Assembly: GCA_030390025.1 (NCBI GenBank)
Contig: CM059425.1
Coordinates: 164,488,001-164,552,000, forward strand
Direction of reading: 5' to 3'
DNA length: 64,000 nt
Origin: Squalus acanthias
Taxonomy: Eukaryota
In this document: one piece after another, positions 36,800-50,450 of the stretch
Position numbering within the stretch: position 1 is the first letter of the stretch
Layout: the number at the start of each line of letters is the position of its first letter
Program-made: the position numbers and the translations under genes
The notes under the pieces: generated by a model
Database searches by the model: none
Seen by the model: only the letters and a program-made list of their open reading frames with translations
What the model was told of the DNA's origin: nothing

Positions 36800-37255
36800 T
36801 AAAGAAAACATTTGCATTTATAGAGCAGTTCATTAGATTCTTAGACTATCCTAAAGTGCTTCACAATCCAATGATTTATTTACAGGTTTGACTGGGCTTG
36901 AATTGCCAGAGTTTTTTGTTCTTGGTAGATGGATGAGGGTGGCAATAGAGAGTTTTTCACCCCACAAACAACAAATGAGATGAATGATCAATTTGTTTTT
37001 GGTTGAGAGTGAGAGTACATGTGGCCAGGAGAATTCCCTGCTCTTCTTCAAATAATGCCATAGAATCTTTTGCTTTTACCTAAACCGACAGACAGGGCCA
37101 ACTTCTCATTTGAAAGACTCCACCCCTGGCAAGGCAACACCCCTCAGCACTGCACTGAAGTGTCATCTTAGATTATGTGCTCAAGTACTGGAGTGGGGCT
37201 TGAACTCACTCTCATAACTCAGGCAAACGTGCTATAAATTGAACCAAGCCGACAC
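36800..37255 (-). mobile_element. Older Deu-SINE copy
   Basis: Diverged homolog of 30169-30567. Confidence 0.75.
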
Positions 37256-38914
37256 ATACTAGCGTAACAAAGAATACTAACCCTCCTTGTCGGTTATGTC
37301 ATTTCTACATAAGAAAAAGCTTATTGAACCACTTAGCGTTGTTGTATACATTCATATGTTCTACAGTGGAGTAAGCGACCGAGAGCTTGTTAATGCTCCA
37401 TTATATTACAGGCATCAGTTTGAGATTGGGACTGGTTCAGAGTTAGACTGCTGGCTCCACGCCTTTCTTTGGCAAGGAGAACTGGAGCTCCATGAATGCC
37501 TGCTTGTGCAATTCAACAGAACTCCACTCACCAGCAATCAAATGACAATTACATTTCAACATTAAACAGCTGACAGGAAGTCTTGTCACGGCAGACATTA
37601 AGAAAGATTAAAAATTAAATTTAATGTAGTGCTAAGCAACCAAGGAACCTGAAAAAAAATCTTATCTTAGCACTAATACTGCATTTGGCATGAAGCCAAA
37701 ACAGTGCAAGACTGGTTCCACAAGGTGATCTCAATCCATATTCCTATATTTGATTCAGGCAAATTCACACCCTAATTGTACTAAACAGCTTGTTGACGAA
37801 AAGCAAAAATGTCTTCATGGTGACACAAAATGCCTGGTATAAGAATCCTTCTTGCTGCCACCATTCACCGTCAAGTGAAGAATGGCTACTTAGACACCCA
37901 CAGAACCTAGAATGGCTATTGTGCACATGCTGAACACCTTCAGGAGAGGCGGGGGGGGGAAATAAAAACAAAAATAAGACAGACAGTGCCAGATTGAAAA
38001 CTCCAGCAAAGAAGCTGCTTGATCGCACATTTTAACTGTCTGTAGGATATTGCTTTGAGATTTTTATTTAGTATTTAGTTATGTCACACTCTAAATGGAA
38101 TGCTCGAATAAGTCAAATGCTGATTAATCATTTTCTGTTAATTGTGACGGGGTTAACGGAATGGGAAGATGTGGGCTTGCATTCCTGATTCTCCACCTGC
38201 CAAACCTCATCACAGCTGCGCTACTATTAACCTTTATTTTTCTGTTTGCACTGCTCTCTCAACTTTGTTTTGAACAGTACGATTTCTCAACTGCACAGCA
38301 TTTTGTGAATGGAATGGATATATTCCTAAAAGTAGTATTTGAGAGAACTTCACAACTAACTTGGAAGTTATTTTGACAGCATTGTATCTAGTAAAATAGC
38401 AGACAGTCATACAAATGCAAGAATCATCATCCACTAAGGTTTAATTTAATGTGCACTCGTCCCAATCTCAGAGCACTACTATTTCCATCCCTGTGGCTTA
38501 TCTGGATGGGGTTGCCAATTTAGTGCTAAACTATGGAAAGTTCTGTGCTGTGGTTTCATGTCCATTGCGAGCCAAGACTGCTCACATTCATTTTACATGA
38601 GACATTTTTTAAATGAGTGGAGAGGGGAAACCTTCATTCCATCTGTCTGGATTTGATTTAGACTCAAGGGCCGAGGTGAAAGGGCAATATGCTAAACCGC
38701 ATCATCGTGCAGACCTCTTGTATTATTGTTTATTATGGTGTTAACATTTGACAATCAAGTTCAGTTTTAGCTTCAGAATATCAAATCTCATGCTGAACAA
38801 ACCCAAAGAATTCTTGTCATCTGTGGTCAGCAGGCTTTGGCTGGAAGAGGCTAGGCGAGGGTTAAATTACAGGGCGAGGAGCGGGTAAATTTAAAAGGTA
38901 AGCAGAAGTATTAC

Positions 38915-39084
38915 CTTGCAGATTCTGAATTTGGATCTTGGAAATCAGAACCTTTTTGATAGTACTCCTGTTGCAATAGGATTTGTCGTCCTTCCACCGT
39001 AACAGTTACCAGTGGGAACCCCTTCTGAAGTGTCCAGGTGTTCATCATTGTCTTTACATCAAGGACATCTTCCATGAACCACTG
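38915..39084 (-). CDS. ERAP1: ERAP1 exon 11 equivalent
   Basis: QWFMEDVLDVKTMMNTWTLQKGFPLVTVTVEGRQILLQQEYYQKGSDFQDPNSESA, 170 nt, ttgtag|...AG|gtaata. Confidence 0.96.
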
Positions 39085-40589
39085 CTACAAAATTAAAATA
39101 AGAACACTAAATCGTAACGCTTTACACTGTGTCTACTGCTCGTTACAAAAATCGTCATTTTTCTTGGATTACTCCTCGTCATATATTGACTCCTAGTCAC
39201 AACAAATTACAAACTATACTGTCATCTTGCATTTTTCCAAGGTACTGCACATAAAACAGCTTCATACAGTTCACTTGATTCAAATTACCTGATAATTCAT
39301 TTTTTTTTGCATTAAATTCCCGCATTTTCGGATTATTTATATTGCTTAATTCAAATTATTTGAAGACCGTAACTGTCCTTTTTCTGTACCTTTGCACTAG
39401 TTTCTTGTTCCTTTTACTGCTTCTTTCAGCAACATCAACCTATATTTTGAACAAACTGCTTTCCCGACATTACTAACCTTTAGTTTTCCGCTTGCTGCCA
39501 TCTCAACTTTGTTATAAAGAATAACATTTCTCAATTGCACAGTACTTTGTGAATGGAATGGATACATTTCTATCAATAATATTCAGTGAGAATTTCACAA
39601 TTAACTAGGGAGTTATTTTGAGAGCATTGCCTGCTTAAAACTGGGTGGCCAAAATATGAAATTAGCATGCAATGAGCCTTCACGGGGCTGCTTCACTGGT
39701 TTCACTGAGCATTCGTGCACTGATACGAGTTTTGGTTGTATTTTATAACAATTTTGTTTTTAAAGCCCTTTTTGTATATTTGTAGAGTGACAACATGGTT
39801 CAGCATGAGACAACTGTAACAAGGCAGATTTCTCATGAATTTGTTCCCAGTGGTTGCTGGGAGTACAGATATATGTTTTGTAAAAAGTCTATTTTCGGTT
39901 TGGTTAGCTGGGTGTCTGGCATGCACAGAAATCCATCACCACCTTACCAAGGTACTGAGAATTTCTGTTTACCTGATACTAAGTGCACGCTCTGTCCCCA
40001 CAGTGGTGAAGTCCTGATTGCTACTCAGCGACTCGAATTGGAAAACCCATGTGTGGGTGACAGGTGAGCAAAGGATCAGGATTGGCTGTGGTGACGCTGC
40101 CTCCCTGCCTGAGTAAAACACCCTGCCAACACCCACTGCCCAGGCTCATGAATAATGACCATTTAGGAGAGATACTGGAGGGCCAACAGCATGTGCAGAA
40201 CAGTAGCCCAGTGTAAGAACACTCCTTCCAGGAGATGAGTAGGCAACAAAATTGGGAGAAGAAATAAAACATTTTTTTTAAAAACGCATTAAAATTAAAT
40301 TAGATTTTGATTGAAGATGTAGTGAATAAACACAGTTGCCTCAAAAATTCACATTGGGGGTGACGAGTTTTGATTACTCTGGGAGAACAGAAGAAATTGC
40401 TGTTTCCTCAACCACAGTTCACACCCAGCGCATAAAAAGCTATACATGGAGAGTGCTATCAAAATATGCTAACAAGCTGATCTTGAATTATTAGCAGGTT
40501 GTTTCTGTATTACATACGAAATAGGAGTAGGAGTAGGCCATTTGGCACTTCGAGCCTGCTCCGCCATTCAACAAAATCATGGTATTAAT

Positions 40590-43500
40590 CATAGCTCTGC
40601 AGTCCTGCCACATCCAGTCGTGAATGGTGGTGGACCATTAAACAACTAACAGGAGGAGGAGGCTCCATGAATATCCCCACCCTCAATGATGGTGGAGCCC
40701 AGCACGTGAGTGCAAAAGACAAAGCTGAAGTGTTTGCAAATATCTTCAGCCAGAAGTACCGAGTGGATGATCCATATCAGCCCCCTCCTGAGGTCCCACC
40801 ACCACAGAAGCCAGTCTTCAGGCAATTCAATTCACTCCACATAATATCAAGAAACGGCTGAGCGCACTGGATACAGCAAAGGCTGTGGGCCCCGACAACA
40901 ACCCGGCTGTCGTGCTGAAGACTTGTGCTCCAGAACTAGCCGTGCCTCTAGCCAAGCTGTTCCAGTACAGCTACAACACTGGCATCTATCCGACAATGTG
41001 GAAAACTGCCCAGGTATGTCCTGTCCACAAAAAGCAGGACAAATCCAATCTGGCCAATTACCGCCCCATCAGTCTACTCTCAATCATCAGCAAAGTGATG
41101 GAAGGTGTCGTCAACAGCGCTATCAAGCAGCACTTACTCACCAACAGCTTACTCACTGATGCCCAGTTTGGGTTCCACCAGGACCACTCGGCTCCAGACC
41201 TCATTACAGCCTTGGTCCAAACATGGACAAAAGAGCTGAATTCCAGAGGTGAGGTGAGAGTGACTGCCTTTGACCTCAAAGCAGCATTTGACTGAGTTTG
41301 GCATCAAGGAGCACTAGTAAAACTGAAATCAATGGGAATCGGGGGAAAAACTCTCCACTGGCTGGAGTCATATCTAGCACAAAAGAAGATGGTTATGGTG
41401 GTTGGAGGTCAATCATCACAGCCCCAGAACATCGCTGCAGGAGTTCCTCAGGACAGTGTCCTAGGTCCAACCATCTTCAGCTGCTTAATCAATGACCTTC
41501 CCTCCAACATAAGGTCAGAAGTGGGGATGTTCGCTGATGACTGCAGTGTTCAGTGCCATTCGCAACTCCTCAGATAATGAAGCAGTCCATGCCCGCATGC
41601 AGCAAGACCTGGACAACATTCAGGCTTGGGCTGATAAGTGGCAATTAACATTCGCGTCACACAAATGCCAGGCAATAACTATCTCCAACAAAGCGAGCGT
41701 CTAACCACCTCCCCTTGCCATTCAACGGCATTACCATCGCCGAATCCCCCACCATCAATATCCTGGGGGTTACCATTGACCAGAAACTTAACTGGACCAG
41801 CCACATAAATACTGTGGCAACTAGAGCAGGTCAGAGGCTGGGTATTCTGCGGTGAGTGTCTCACCTCCTGACCTCCCAAAGCCTTTCCACCATCTACAAG
41901 GCACAAGTCAGGAGTGTGATGGAATACTCTCCACTTGCCTGGATGAGTGCAGCTCCAACAACACTCAGGAAGCTCGACGCCATCCAAGACAAAGCAGCCC
42001 GCTTGATTGGCACCCCATCTACCACCTTAAACATTCACTCCCTCTACCACCGGCGTACCGTGGCTGCAGTGTGCACCATCTACAAGATGCACTGCAGCAA
42101 CTCGCCAAGTCTTCTTCGGCAGCACCTCCCAAACCCGCGACCTCTACCACCTAGAAGGACAAGGGCAGCAGGCGCATGGGAACACCACTAAGAGATAAGA
42201 CATAAGAAATAAGAGCAGGAGTAGGCCATACGGCCCCTCGAGCCTGCTCCACCATTCAATAAGATCATGGCTGATCATCGACCTCAACTCCACTTTCCCG
42301 CCCGATCTCCATATCCCTTGATTTCTCCAGAGTCCAAAAATCTATCTATCTCAGCCTTGAATATACTCAAAGACTCAGCATGCACAGCCCTCTGGGACAG
42401 AGAATTCCAAAGCCAACCCTTTATCCCGAGACTATGCCCCCTAATTCTAGACACTCCAGCCAGGGGAAACAGCCTCTCAGCATCTACCCCGTCAATCCCC
42501 TTCAGAATCTTGTATGTTTCAATGAGATCACCTCTCATTCTTCTAAACTCCAGAGAGTATAGGCCCATTCTACACAATCTCTCATCATAGGACAGCCCTC
42601 TCATCCCAGGAATCAATCTAGTGAACCTTCGTTGCATTGCCTCCAAGGCAAGTATATCCTTCCTTAAATAAGGAGACCAAAACTGTGCACAGTACACCAG
42701 GTGTGGTCTCATCAAGGCCCTGTACAATTGTAGCAAGACTTCCTTACTCTTATACTCCAACCCCCTTGCAATAAAGGCCAACATGCCATTTGCCTTCCTT
42801 ATTGCTTGCTGTACCTGCATGCTAGCTTTCTATGTTTCTTGCACGAGGACACCCAAATCTCTCTGAACATCAACATTTGAAACTTTCTCACCATTTAAAA
42901 AATATTGTTTTTCTATTTTTCCTACCAAAGTGAATAACCTCACATTTCCCTATATTATACTCCATCTGCCACCTTACTGCCCACTCACTTAGTCTATCTA
43001 TATTCCTTTACAGATTTTTTGTGTTCTCCTCACAGCTTACTGTCCCACCTAGCTTTGTACCATCAGCAAACCTGGATACATTACACTCGGTCCCTTCATC
43101 TAGGTCATTAATATAGATTGTAAATAGCTGAGGCCCCAACACTGATCCTTGCGGCACCCCACTAGTTACAGCCTGCCAACCTGAAAAAGATCCGTTTATC
43201 CCTACTCTCTGTTTTCTGTCCATTAACCAATCCTCTATCCATGCTACTATATTACCCCAACCCCATGTGCCTTAATCTTGTGTAATAACCTTTTATGTGG
43301 CACCTTATCAAATGCCTTTTGGAAATCCAAATGTACTACATCCACTGGTTCCCCTTTATCTACCCTGCTAGTTACATCCTCAAAAAACTCTCAAATTTGT
43401 CAAACACGATTTCCCTTTCATAAAACCATGTTGACTCTGCCTAATCATGATATGATTTTTTAAGTGCCCTGATACCACTTCCTTAACAGTGGATTCCAGC

Positions 43501-45715
43501 ATTTTCCCGATGACTGATGTCAGGCTAACTGACCTGTAGTTCACTGTTTTTTCTCTCCCCCTCCTTTCTTGAATAGCAGTGTTACATTTGCGGCCTTCCA
43601 GTCCGGTGGGACCATTCTAGAATCTAGGGAATTTTGGAAGATCAAAACCAATGCATCCACTTTAGAACCCTAGGATGTAGGCCGTCAGGTCCAGGGGATT
43701 TGTTGGCTTTTAGTCCCATTAGTTTCTCTAGTACTTTTTCTCTACTTATATTAATTACATTAAGTTCCTCACCCTCATTAGACCCTTGGTTCCCCACCAT
43801 TTTTGGTATGCTTTTTATGTCTTCTACTATGAAGACAGATACAAAATATTTGTTTAACATTTCTGCCATTTCCTTATTCCCCATAATTTCTCCTGTCTCA
43901 GCCTCTAAGGGACCAATGCTTACTTTTGCTACTCTCTTCCTTTTTACTTACTTGTAGAAGCTCTTACAATCTGCTTTTATATTTCTTGCTAGTTTTCTCT
44001 CATATTCTATTTTTTCCCTTTTTATCAATTTTTTGGTCAACCTTGGCTGGTTTCTGAAACTCTACTAATCCTCAGGCTTACTATTATTCTTTGCAACATT
44101 AAAAGCTTCTTCTTTCAATCTAATGCTATCCTTAACTTCTTTAGGTAGCCACGGTTGAATCACTTTTCCCGTGGAGTTTTTGTTTCTCAATGAAATGTAT
44201 TTTTGTTGAGAATTATGAAATATTTCTTTAAATGCTAGCCACTGCTTATCTACCGCCATACCTTTTAATCTATTTTTCCAATCTACCTTGGCCAACTCGC
44301 CCCTCATACCTATACAATTGGCTTTATTTAAGTTTAAGACTCTAGTTTCGGACTTGGGTAAGTCACTCTTAAAATTAAGGTGAAATTCTATCATATTATG
44401 ATCGCTCTGCCCCAGAGGATCCTTTACTATGAGATTGTTAATTAACCCTGTCTCATTACACAATATAAGATCTAAAATAGCCTGTTCCCTGGTTGGTTCC
44501 ATGACATATTGTTCTAGGAAACTGTCCCGAATGCATTCCATGAACTCGTCCTCAAGACTACCTTTGCCAATTTGATTTGTCCAGTCTATATGAAGATTAA
44601 AGTCCCCCAAGATTATTGCATTACCTTTGTTGCAAGCTCCTACTATTTCTTGATTCATATTCTGTCCAACGGCATAGCTACTGTTCGGGGCCCATAAACT
44701 ACTCCTGCCAGTGTTTTCTGCTCCTTGTTATTCCTTTTCTCCACCCATACTGATTCTACTTCCTGATCTTCTGAGCCAAGATCCTTTCTCGCTACTGTCC
44801 TTATGCCATCCTTTATTATCATGGCTACTCCCCCTCCTTTACCATTCTGCCTGTCTTTTCGAAATGTCAAGTACCCTGGAACATTTAGTTCCCAACCTTG
44901 ACCACCTTGCAACCACATCTCTGTAATGGCTATTAGATCAAACCCATTTATCTCTACTTGTGCCACTAGTTCGTCTATCTTGTTACGAACGCTTCATAAC
45001 AAAATTTTAAATTTTTTCCCATTATTCCCTGCTTTGACCTTATTCTCTGCTGCACTGTTACCGTTAAACTCTCTGTCCTTTCCTGTCACACACTGCTTAT
45101 TTTTACCCAAATCGCTACACTGCTCTATTTCTAAATTTCCCCTCACCTGACCCCTCCCCCCCCCTTTTTTTTGTTTAAAGCCCTATCTATTCGATTCACC
45201 AGGATGCTGATCCCAGCCCAGTTTAAGTGGAGCCCGTCCCGACAGAACAGCTCCCTCTTTCCCCAGTACTGGTGCCAGTGCCCCATGAATTGAAACCCCT
45301 TTTTCCCCACACCACTCTTTGAGCCATGCATTTAGCTCTCTGATCTGCTTGACCCTATGCCAATTTGCGCGTGGCTAAGGTAGTAATCCAGAGATTATTA
45401 CCCTTGTGGTTCTGCTTATTAATTTAGACCCTAGCTCCTCAAACTCCCTCAGCAGAACCTCATTCTTAGTTCTACCTCCAAGATCCTCACCAAGTCACAC
45501 ACCATCCTGACTTGGAAATATATCGCCGATCCTTCATCGTCGCTGGGTCAAAATCCTGGAACTCCCTACCTAACAGCACTGTGGGAGTACCTTCACCACA
45601 CGGACTGTCGCGGTTCAAGAAGGCGGCTCACCACCACCTTAAGGGCAACTGGGGATGGGCAATAAATGCTGGCCTTGCCAGCGATGCCCACATCCCATGA
45701 ATGAATATAAAAAAA
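40590..45715 (+). mobile_element. LINE family B RT/3' region (40590-42188 plus 45474-45715) interrupted by an antisense CR1
   Basis: GPDNNPAVVLKTCAPELA, NYRPISLLS, QFGF, GVPQDSVLGP, FADD; tail gggcaataaatgctggccttgccagc...poly(A). Confidence 0.9.
42189..45476 (-). mobile_element. CR1 LINE, 3.3 kb, with partial esterase ORF1 and decayed APE-RT
   Basis: [37 protein letters not shown]; hairpin tail at 42189-42280. Confidence 0.92.
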
Positions 45716-46328
45716 TTGATGTCCCTATTAAAGAAGCAATGTCTAGATCAGTGTTCCCATTAACAGGCACCAGGTGCATTAGGGTGTTCTGACATGACAA
45801 TTTATAAATTACAAATTTGGTCATCTTATTTTAATGCAACACTTGGATGACTGAGACAACCGTACCCTGTTCTAAATTATAAGAAACAATAACACATCAA
45901 AGTTAGCAGTCATATTTAGTCAAAAGGTACTAGATCCCATCAAATAAGTATTTCCTTGTGTTGTTTTTATTCAATGGTAAAAAGGATAAAATATTCTAGA
46001 TATTTGCGGTAGTGGGTAGGCTTTCATCTCAGAAAAATATGTACTGTTCTCTAAGAAATTGGAGAAAACCAATTGATTTGAATACTGTGAGGCTCAATAT
46101 TGAGATGCAAGAAATGTAGATTAATAAAGTACATCAGGAAATACACTGAATATCGCTTTTAAAAATTAAAATTAAAATAAAATGTCAAATGTATCTTATG
46201 GTCAGCCATAAAAATCAGACTTTTCAGCAACCAATTATATTTCAAAGCTTCAACGCAGATTACTTTCCGAATGAAAATCATCACGTAAATAACACCATCA
46301 ATTTGGATTTTTTTAAATGGTATCTTAC

Positions 46329-46412
46329 TGAACCAGGAGGTAGATCTGGATTTCTTAAGCAAAATTGTGGCTCATTCAGTCTGCTTCCATGTGTATCATC
46401 TGATGGGCAAAT
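46329..46412 (-). CDS. ERAP1: ERAP1 exon 10 equivalent (Cys-containing loop)
   Basis: ICPSDDTHGSRLNEPQFCLRNPDLPPGS, 84 nt, ttctag|...|gtaaga. ICP..FC pattern as in human ICPTDGVKGMDGFC. Confidence 0.9.
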
Positions 46413-47719
46413 CTAGAAAAAGAAAATGCTGGATTTACTTTTAGTCAATTGCTTAAATGTGGAATTACTTAAATGATAAGAAAATTAAATAATCTTAAAT
46501 ATAACGACATTGCCCTCATGTTTCAATCCTCATTAAACTGGCAAATCTCTGCTGCCTGTATCCTAACTCGTACTCGCACCAAATCCCGTTTACCCATCCC
46601 CCTGCGCTCGCTGACCGACATCGTCTCCTGGTCCACCAACCCCTCAATCTTAAAATTTTCATCCTCATGTTTAAATCCATCCATCGCTTCACCCATCCTC
46701 ATCTCTGTAACCTCCTCCAGCCCTACAAGCCGCTGAGAACTCTGGCCTCTTGTGCATCCTCCCACTTACTTCGCCCGCACCATTGGTGGCTGTGCCTTCA
46801 GCCATCTGGGCCCTAAGCTCCAGTATGCCCTACCGAAATCTCTGTGCCTCTCCACCTCCCTCTCCTGCTTTAAGACACTGCTTAAAATTACCTCTTTGAT
46901 CAAGCTTTTAGTCATCTGCCCTATTATCTCCTTCCTCCACTGGCCAAGTACAATCTCTCTATTGTGGACTCTATTCCATTTAATTTCCTGAGGGGCAGTT
47001 CTGCAAAAATACTCACTGATCCCCAAGTAATCAAGCAAAAGTCCAAAATATTCTTCCATGTTATCTTGACACTCCCCTTTCTACTGTTATTGATAGAGCC
47101 AATTATCAGATATTTATCCAGCTCCTGTTTGAGAAAAAGTTAACCAACATAGCCTCAACTGTTTTAACTGAGAGTCTGTTCCAATAACCCTCTACTGTGG
47201 GAAGAAAGTGTCTTCCAAACTCTGGTCTCACTCAAGGCTGGTTAATACTAAGCCTGTGTCCTCCAGTCCTGTGTTCATCCTCTAACCCACTACTGTACTG
47301 TAACTGAAAGACCTTTAGAAACCCAAAACAGGATTCACACTAGATAAAGTTAACTGTTATAATTCATAGCAGAAGCTTTGATTCAAGTGATTTTTTACAG
47401 ATCTTTTAAAAGTAAGTGATTAATTAAAATGACTCCACTTCAAATTCAGAAGAGAGAAAATTTTACTCTGCAACTGGCTGTGGTTTACGTGATGTAGGGA
47501 TGCTTAATGCTATTTTAATACTACTATTTTAATACTGAGAATTCAGCTTTTCTTTCATCTATATTGATATCACTTGCTTGGATAAACACAAAAATACATT
47601 TAAAATAGATCAATTTGCTCACAGATTGCTTGCACATCAAGTTTTCAATTGTGGCCTTCCTATCCAGAAGATAGCAAGCAGAGAAGGGAGGGAGAAAAAA
47701 AATCAGAAGGCAAGTCATC

Positions 47720-48135
47720 CCAGTGTCAGCTGTGGCTCAGTTGGTAGCACTCTCGCCTGTGAGTTGTGGGTTCAAGTCCCACTCCAGAGCCTTGAGCACA
47801 AAACTCTAGGCCGACACTCCAGTGCAATACTGAGGGAGTGCTGCACTGTCAGTAGTGCCATCTTTCAGATGAGATGTTAAACCGAGGCCCCGTCTGCTCT
47901 CTCAGGTGGACATAAAGGATCCCATGGCAGTATTTCAAAGAGCAGGGGAGTTATCCTTGGTGTGCTGGCCAATATTTATCCCTCAATCAACATAATTAAT
48001 AACAGATGATCTGGTCATCATCACATTGCTGTTTCTGGGATCCTGCTGTTTCCTGGGTTAGATCAGTGACTGTACATTGGGACATCCTGAGGTCGTGAAA
48101 GGTGATACATAAATGCAAGTCTTTCTTTCTTTCAT
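47720..48135 (+). mobile_element. tRNA/Deu SINE (SacSINE1-like)
   Basis: A box tggctcagttgg, B box ggttcaagtcc, Deu domain, tail aaatgcaagtctttctttctttc. Confidence 0.9.
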
Positions 48136-48429
48136 GATTGTGTCATGCAACTAATAGCACTAGTTACATTGGCAGACATACAGCAGGCCACTTAGTGAAT
48201 GAACACTAAGTAGTATAAGAAATAAACGATTTTTAGAAATAAAATATTTAGCATCCTTGATCCATGAAGAGAAATGGTGTACAGGAATGATCATGAATGC
48301 AAATGCCTCAATAATTTTACTCAGATTGCAAAGATGGAGAATAGTACAAACTATAGTTTGTAGGGATATTCATCCTACAGGAGCTACATTAACAAAAATG
48401 TTTTTACATATGGAAACACTTGAGCTTAC

Positions 48430-48561
48430 ATTAGTCAGACTGTTCCACAAATCCTCATTTTTTGCATTTGCATAGCTATGGCGTTGCAAGTAGCGAATAA
48501 TGCCAGCTTTAAAAACATCTTCCGTCAGGTAGTCCATCAGCATGTTTAGAATGCAAGCTCC
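48430..48561 (-). CDS. ERAP1: ERAP1 exon 9 equivalent
   Basis: [44 protein letters not shown], 132 nt, tgcag|...|gtaagc. Confidence 0.97.
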
Positions 48562-49428
48562 CTGCAATTCAAACCAGTCAAACATTATAGACTTAATCTG
48601 TTGCATTACAACATTGCTGCATTGTCAGACAATGCCGGCAGTCTTCTATTGCTGTTCAATGAATCTTGCATAGAAATTACATACTCTGCATACTTTGCAA
48701 ACATATTTATGTCAAGTTGCAACATTAGCCCAGTGTTACCAAGTCCCATTAGTTCCTGGTTCCTCGTGTAAATCACCAAGTTTAATTATTCTATCACCAT
48801 GCAAAGTTTTGCAAATGGTTATTAGACAAAAAATTACTTTTTAAAAAGATACTGAGAAAAATTTATCAGGTTCACAAAAGCTTTTCATTAGAGGGATTGG
48901 AATCAGTACAGATTGAGCCAAGATTGCTACCCATATTGTATTTTTCACAGAAGAAAATAATTTAAAGTTGATTTACACATAATATTAGTCATTTATAAAG
49001 TTATATTTATCATGCCTGGTGAGTCTGAAAGCTGAGATAACAGAATGTACTTGTCACATTCCCCCAATCACAGAACATTCCCTTTATCCCTATCTCCTAC
49101 TTTCCAGCCAATTATTAATCCATGTCACAAGGTTACCTCCAATTCCATTCGCTCTCATTTTACTAATAATCTCTTGTGCAGAACCTTATCAAATGCCTCT
49201 AGAGATCCATATAGACAATATCCATAGACACTCCTCCATCCATCGTGCTAGTGAGCTTCTCAAAAAATGCAACTAGATTAGTCAGACGTGGCCTATACTT
49301 CACAAATCCACGCTGATTCCCTTTGATCAGCTCATACATGTCCAAGTGCTCATTCACTTTGTCTCTCATGATAGATCCCAGTAACTTCTCCACAACTGAT
49401 GTTAAACTGACAGGTCTGTAGTTACCTG

Positions 49429-50033
49429 GGGGAGAAAATTGGGTTGCTATGCGCCTCCCGCAAAATTCAGCGGGAGGTTAGCGGTGGCGGTAGCGTCCCA
49501 CGGCGATGGCATCATCACCTTGCGCAGCGCCCCGCTCGCGCCCTGGCCGCAAAATTCACTCGCGCCCCTTGACCTACCGCCGGACACTATGTCCGACAGG
49601 GTCAGGGTGCTGGGTTTGCGGCCGCGGCAGCGCAAATTAAAGGGCAGGTGCCAGGCAGCCATTTTTTTTGGGCCACCTGCCAGCACCTACCCCCTTTCGC
49701 CTGCGCATGCAGGGTGCCGGCCACGATCGGTCTCTTTTCCAAGCACCCCGCTCCCCGGTGGTACAGCAGGGCCCCGGTGCGCGCTGCGCTAGGCCCCGCC
49801 CCTCTAATCAGAGGAGGGAAGCCTGTACCGCGGCACCACGTGCCGGTGCGTGTGTTGCTGCTGCATGTAGCGCCGTGATATTGAATGGTAGCACCCCAAG
49901 AAGGAGGGGGAGCGCTTCCAGTAGCGCCCTGCCTCCTGCTTGGGGCGCTACCACACAATTCACAGCGCGGGGCGCTAACTTTTTCAGGGCGCTACGTTAG
50001 CGCCCCAATGGGGGCGCGACTCAATTTTTCCCC
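49429..50033. mobile_element. GC-rich DNA transposon related to 24071-24942, nested in an old CR1 fragment (~49020-50300, -)
   Basis: TIR ggggagaaaattg / caatttttcccc; the empty site ctgtagttacctggtttctccct can be rebuilt; short TSD lies within CCTGG (exact register ambiguous). Confidence 0.8.
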
Positions 50034-50450
50034 CTGGTTTCTCCCTACCTCCCTTAAACAATGCAGTTACTTTTCCAATCTAAAAGGCACATTTCGTGAA
50101 TCGAGGGAATTTGGGAAAATGACTAACACAACTGCAGTTGCCTCACCTATTATTTTTAATACACTGGAGTGGAAGCCATTAGGAGTTTTGTTTATCTTAA
50201 CTCCATTATTTTCTCCATTACCATTTAAAAATTTTTTCTTAAATCTGCTAAATTCCTCTCCAATTATTACTCAATACCACATGAATCTTTCAGCAAGTCA
50301 TTCATCCTCAAATAAATGTGATAGACTTATAATCTTCCACTACATTACAAAAAATCAAGTAATGAGTTACACAATGATTTTGTTTCTATCTCCCTGCTGA
50401 TGTTGCAACTTGTTTTAAAGCAATTATATGTTAATTTCTTGTCTATTTAC

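Noticed and set aside
47720..47800. tRNA genes at A/B-box sequences (also ~30490-30567 and ~12920-13003)
   Set aside because: They continue into SINE or LINE bodies, and I could not fold a complete cloverleaf.
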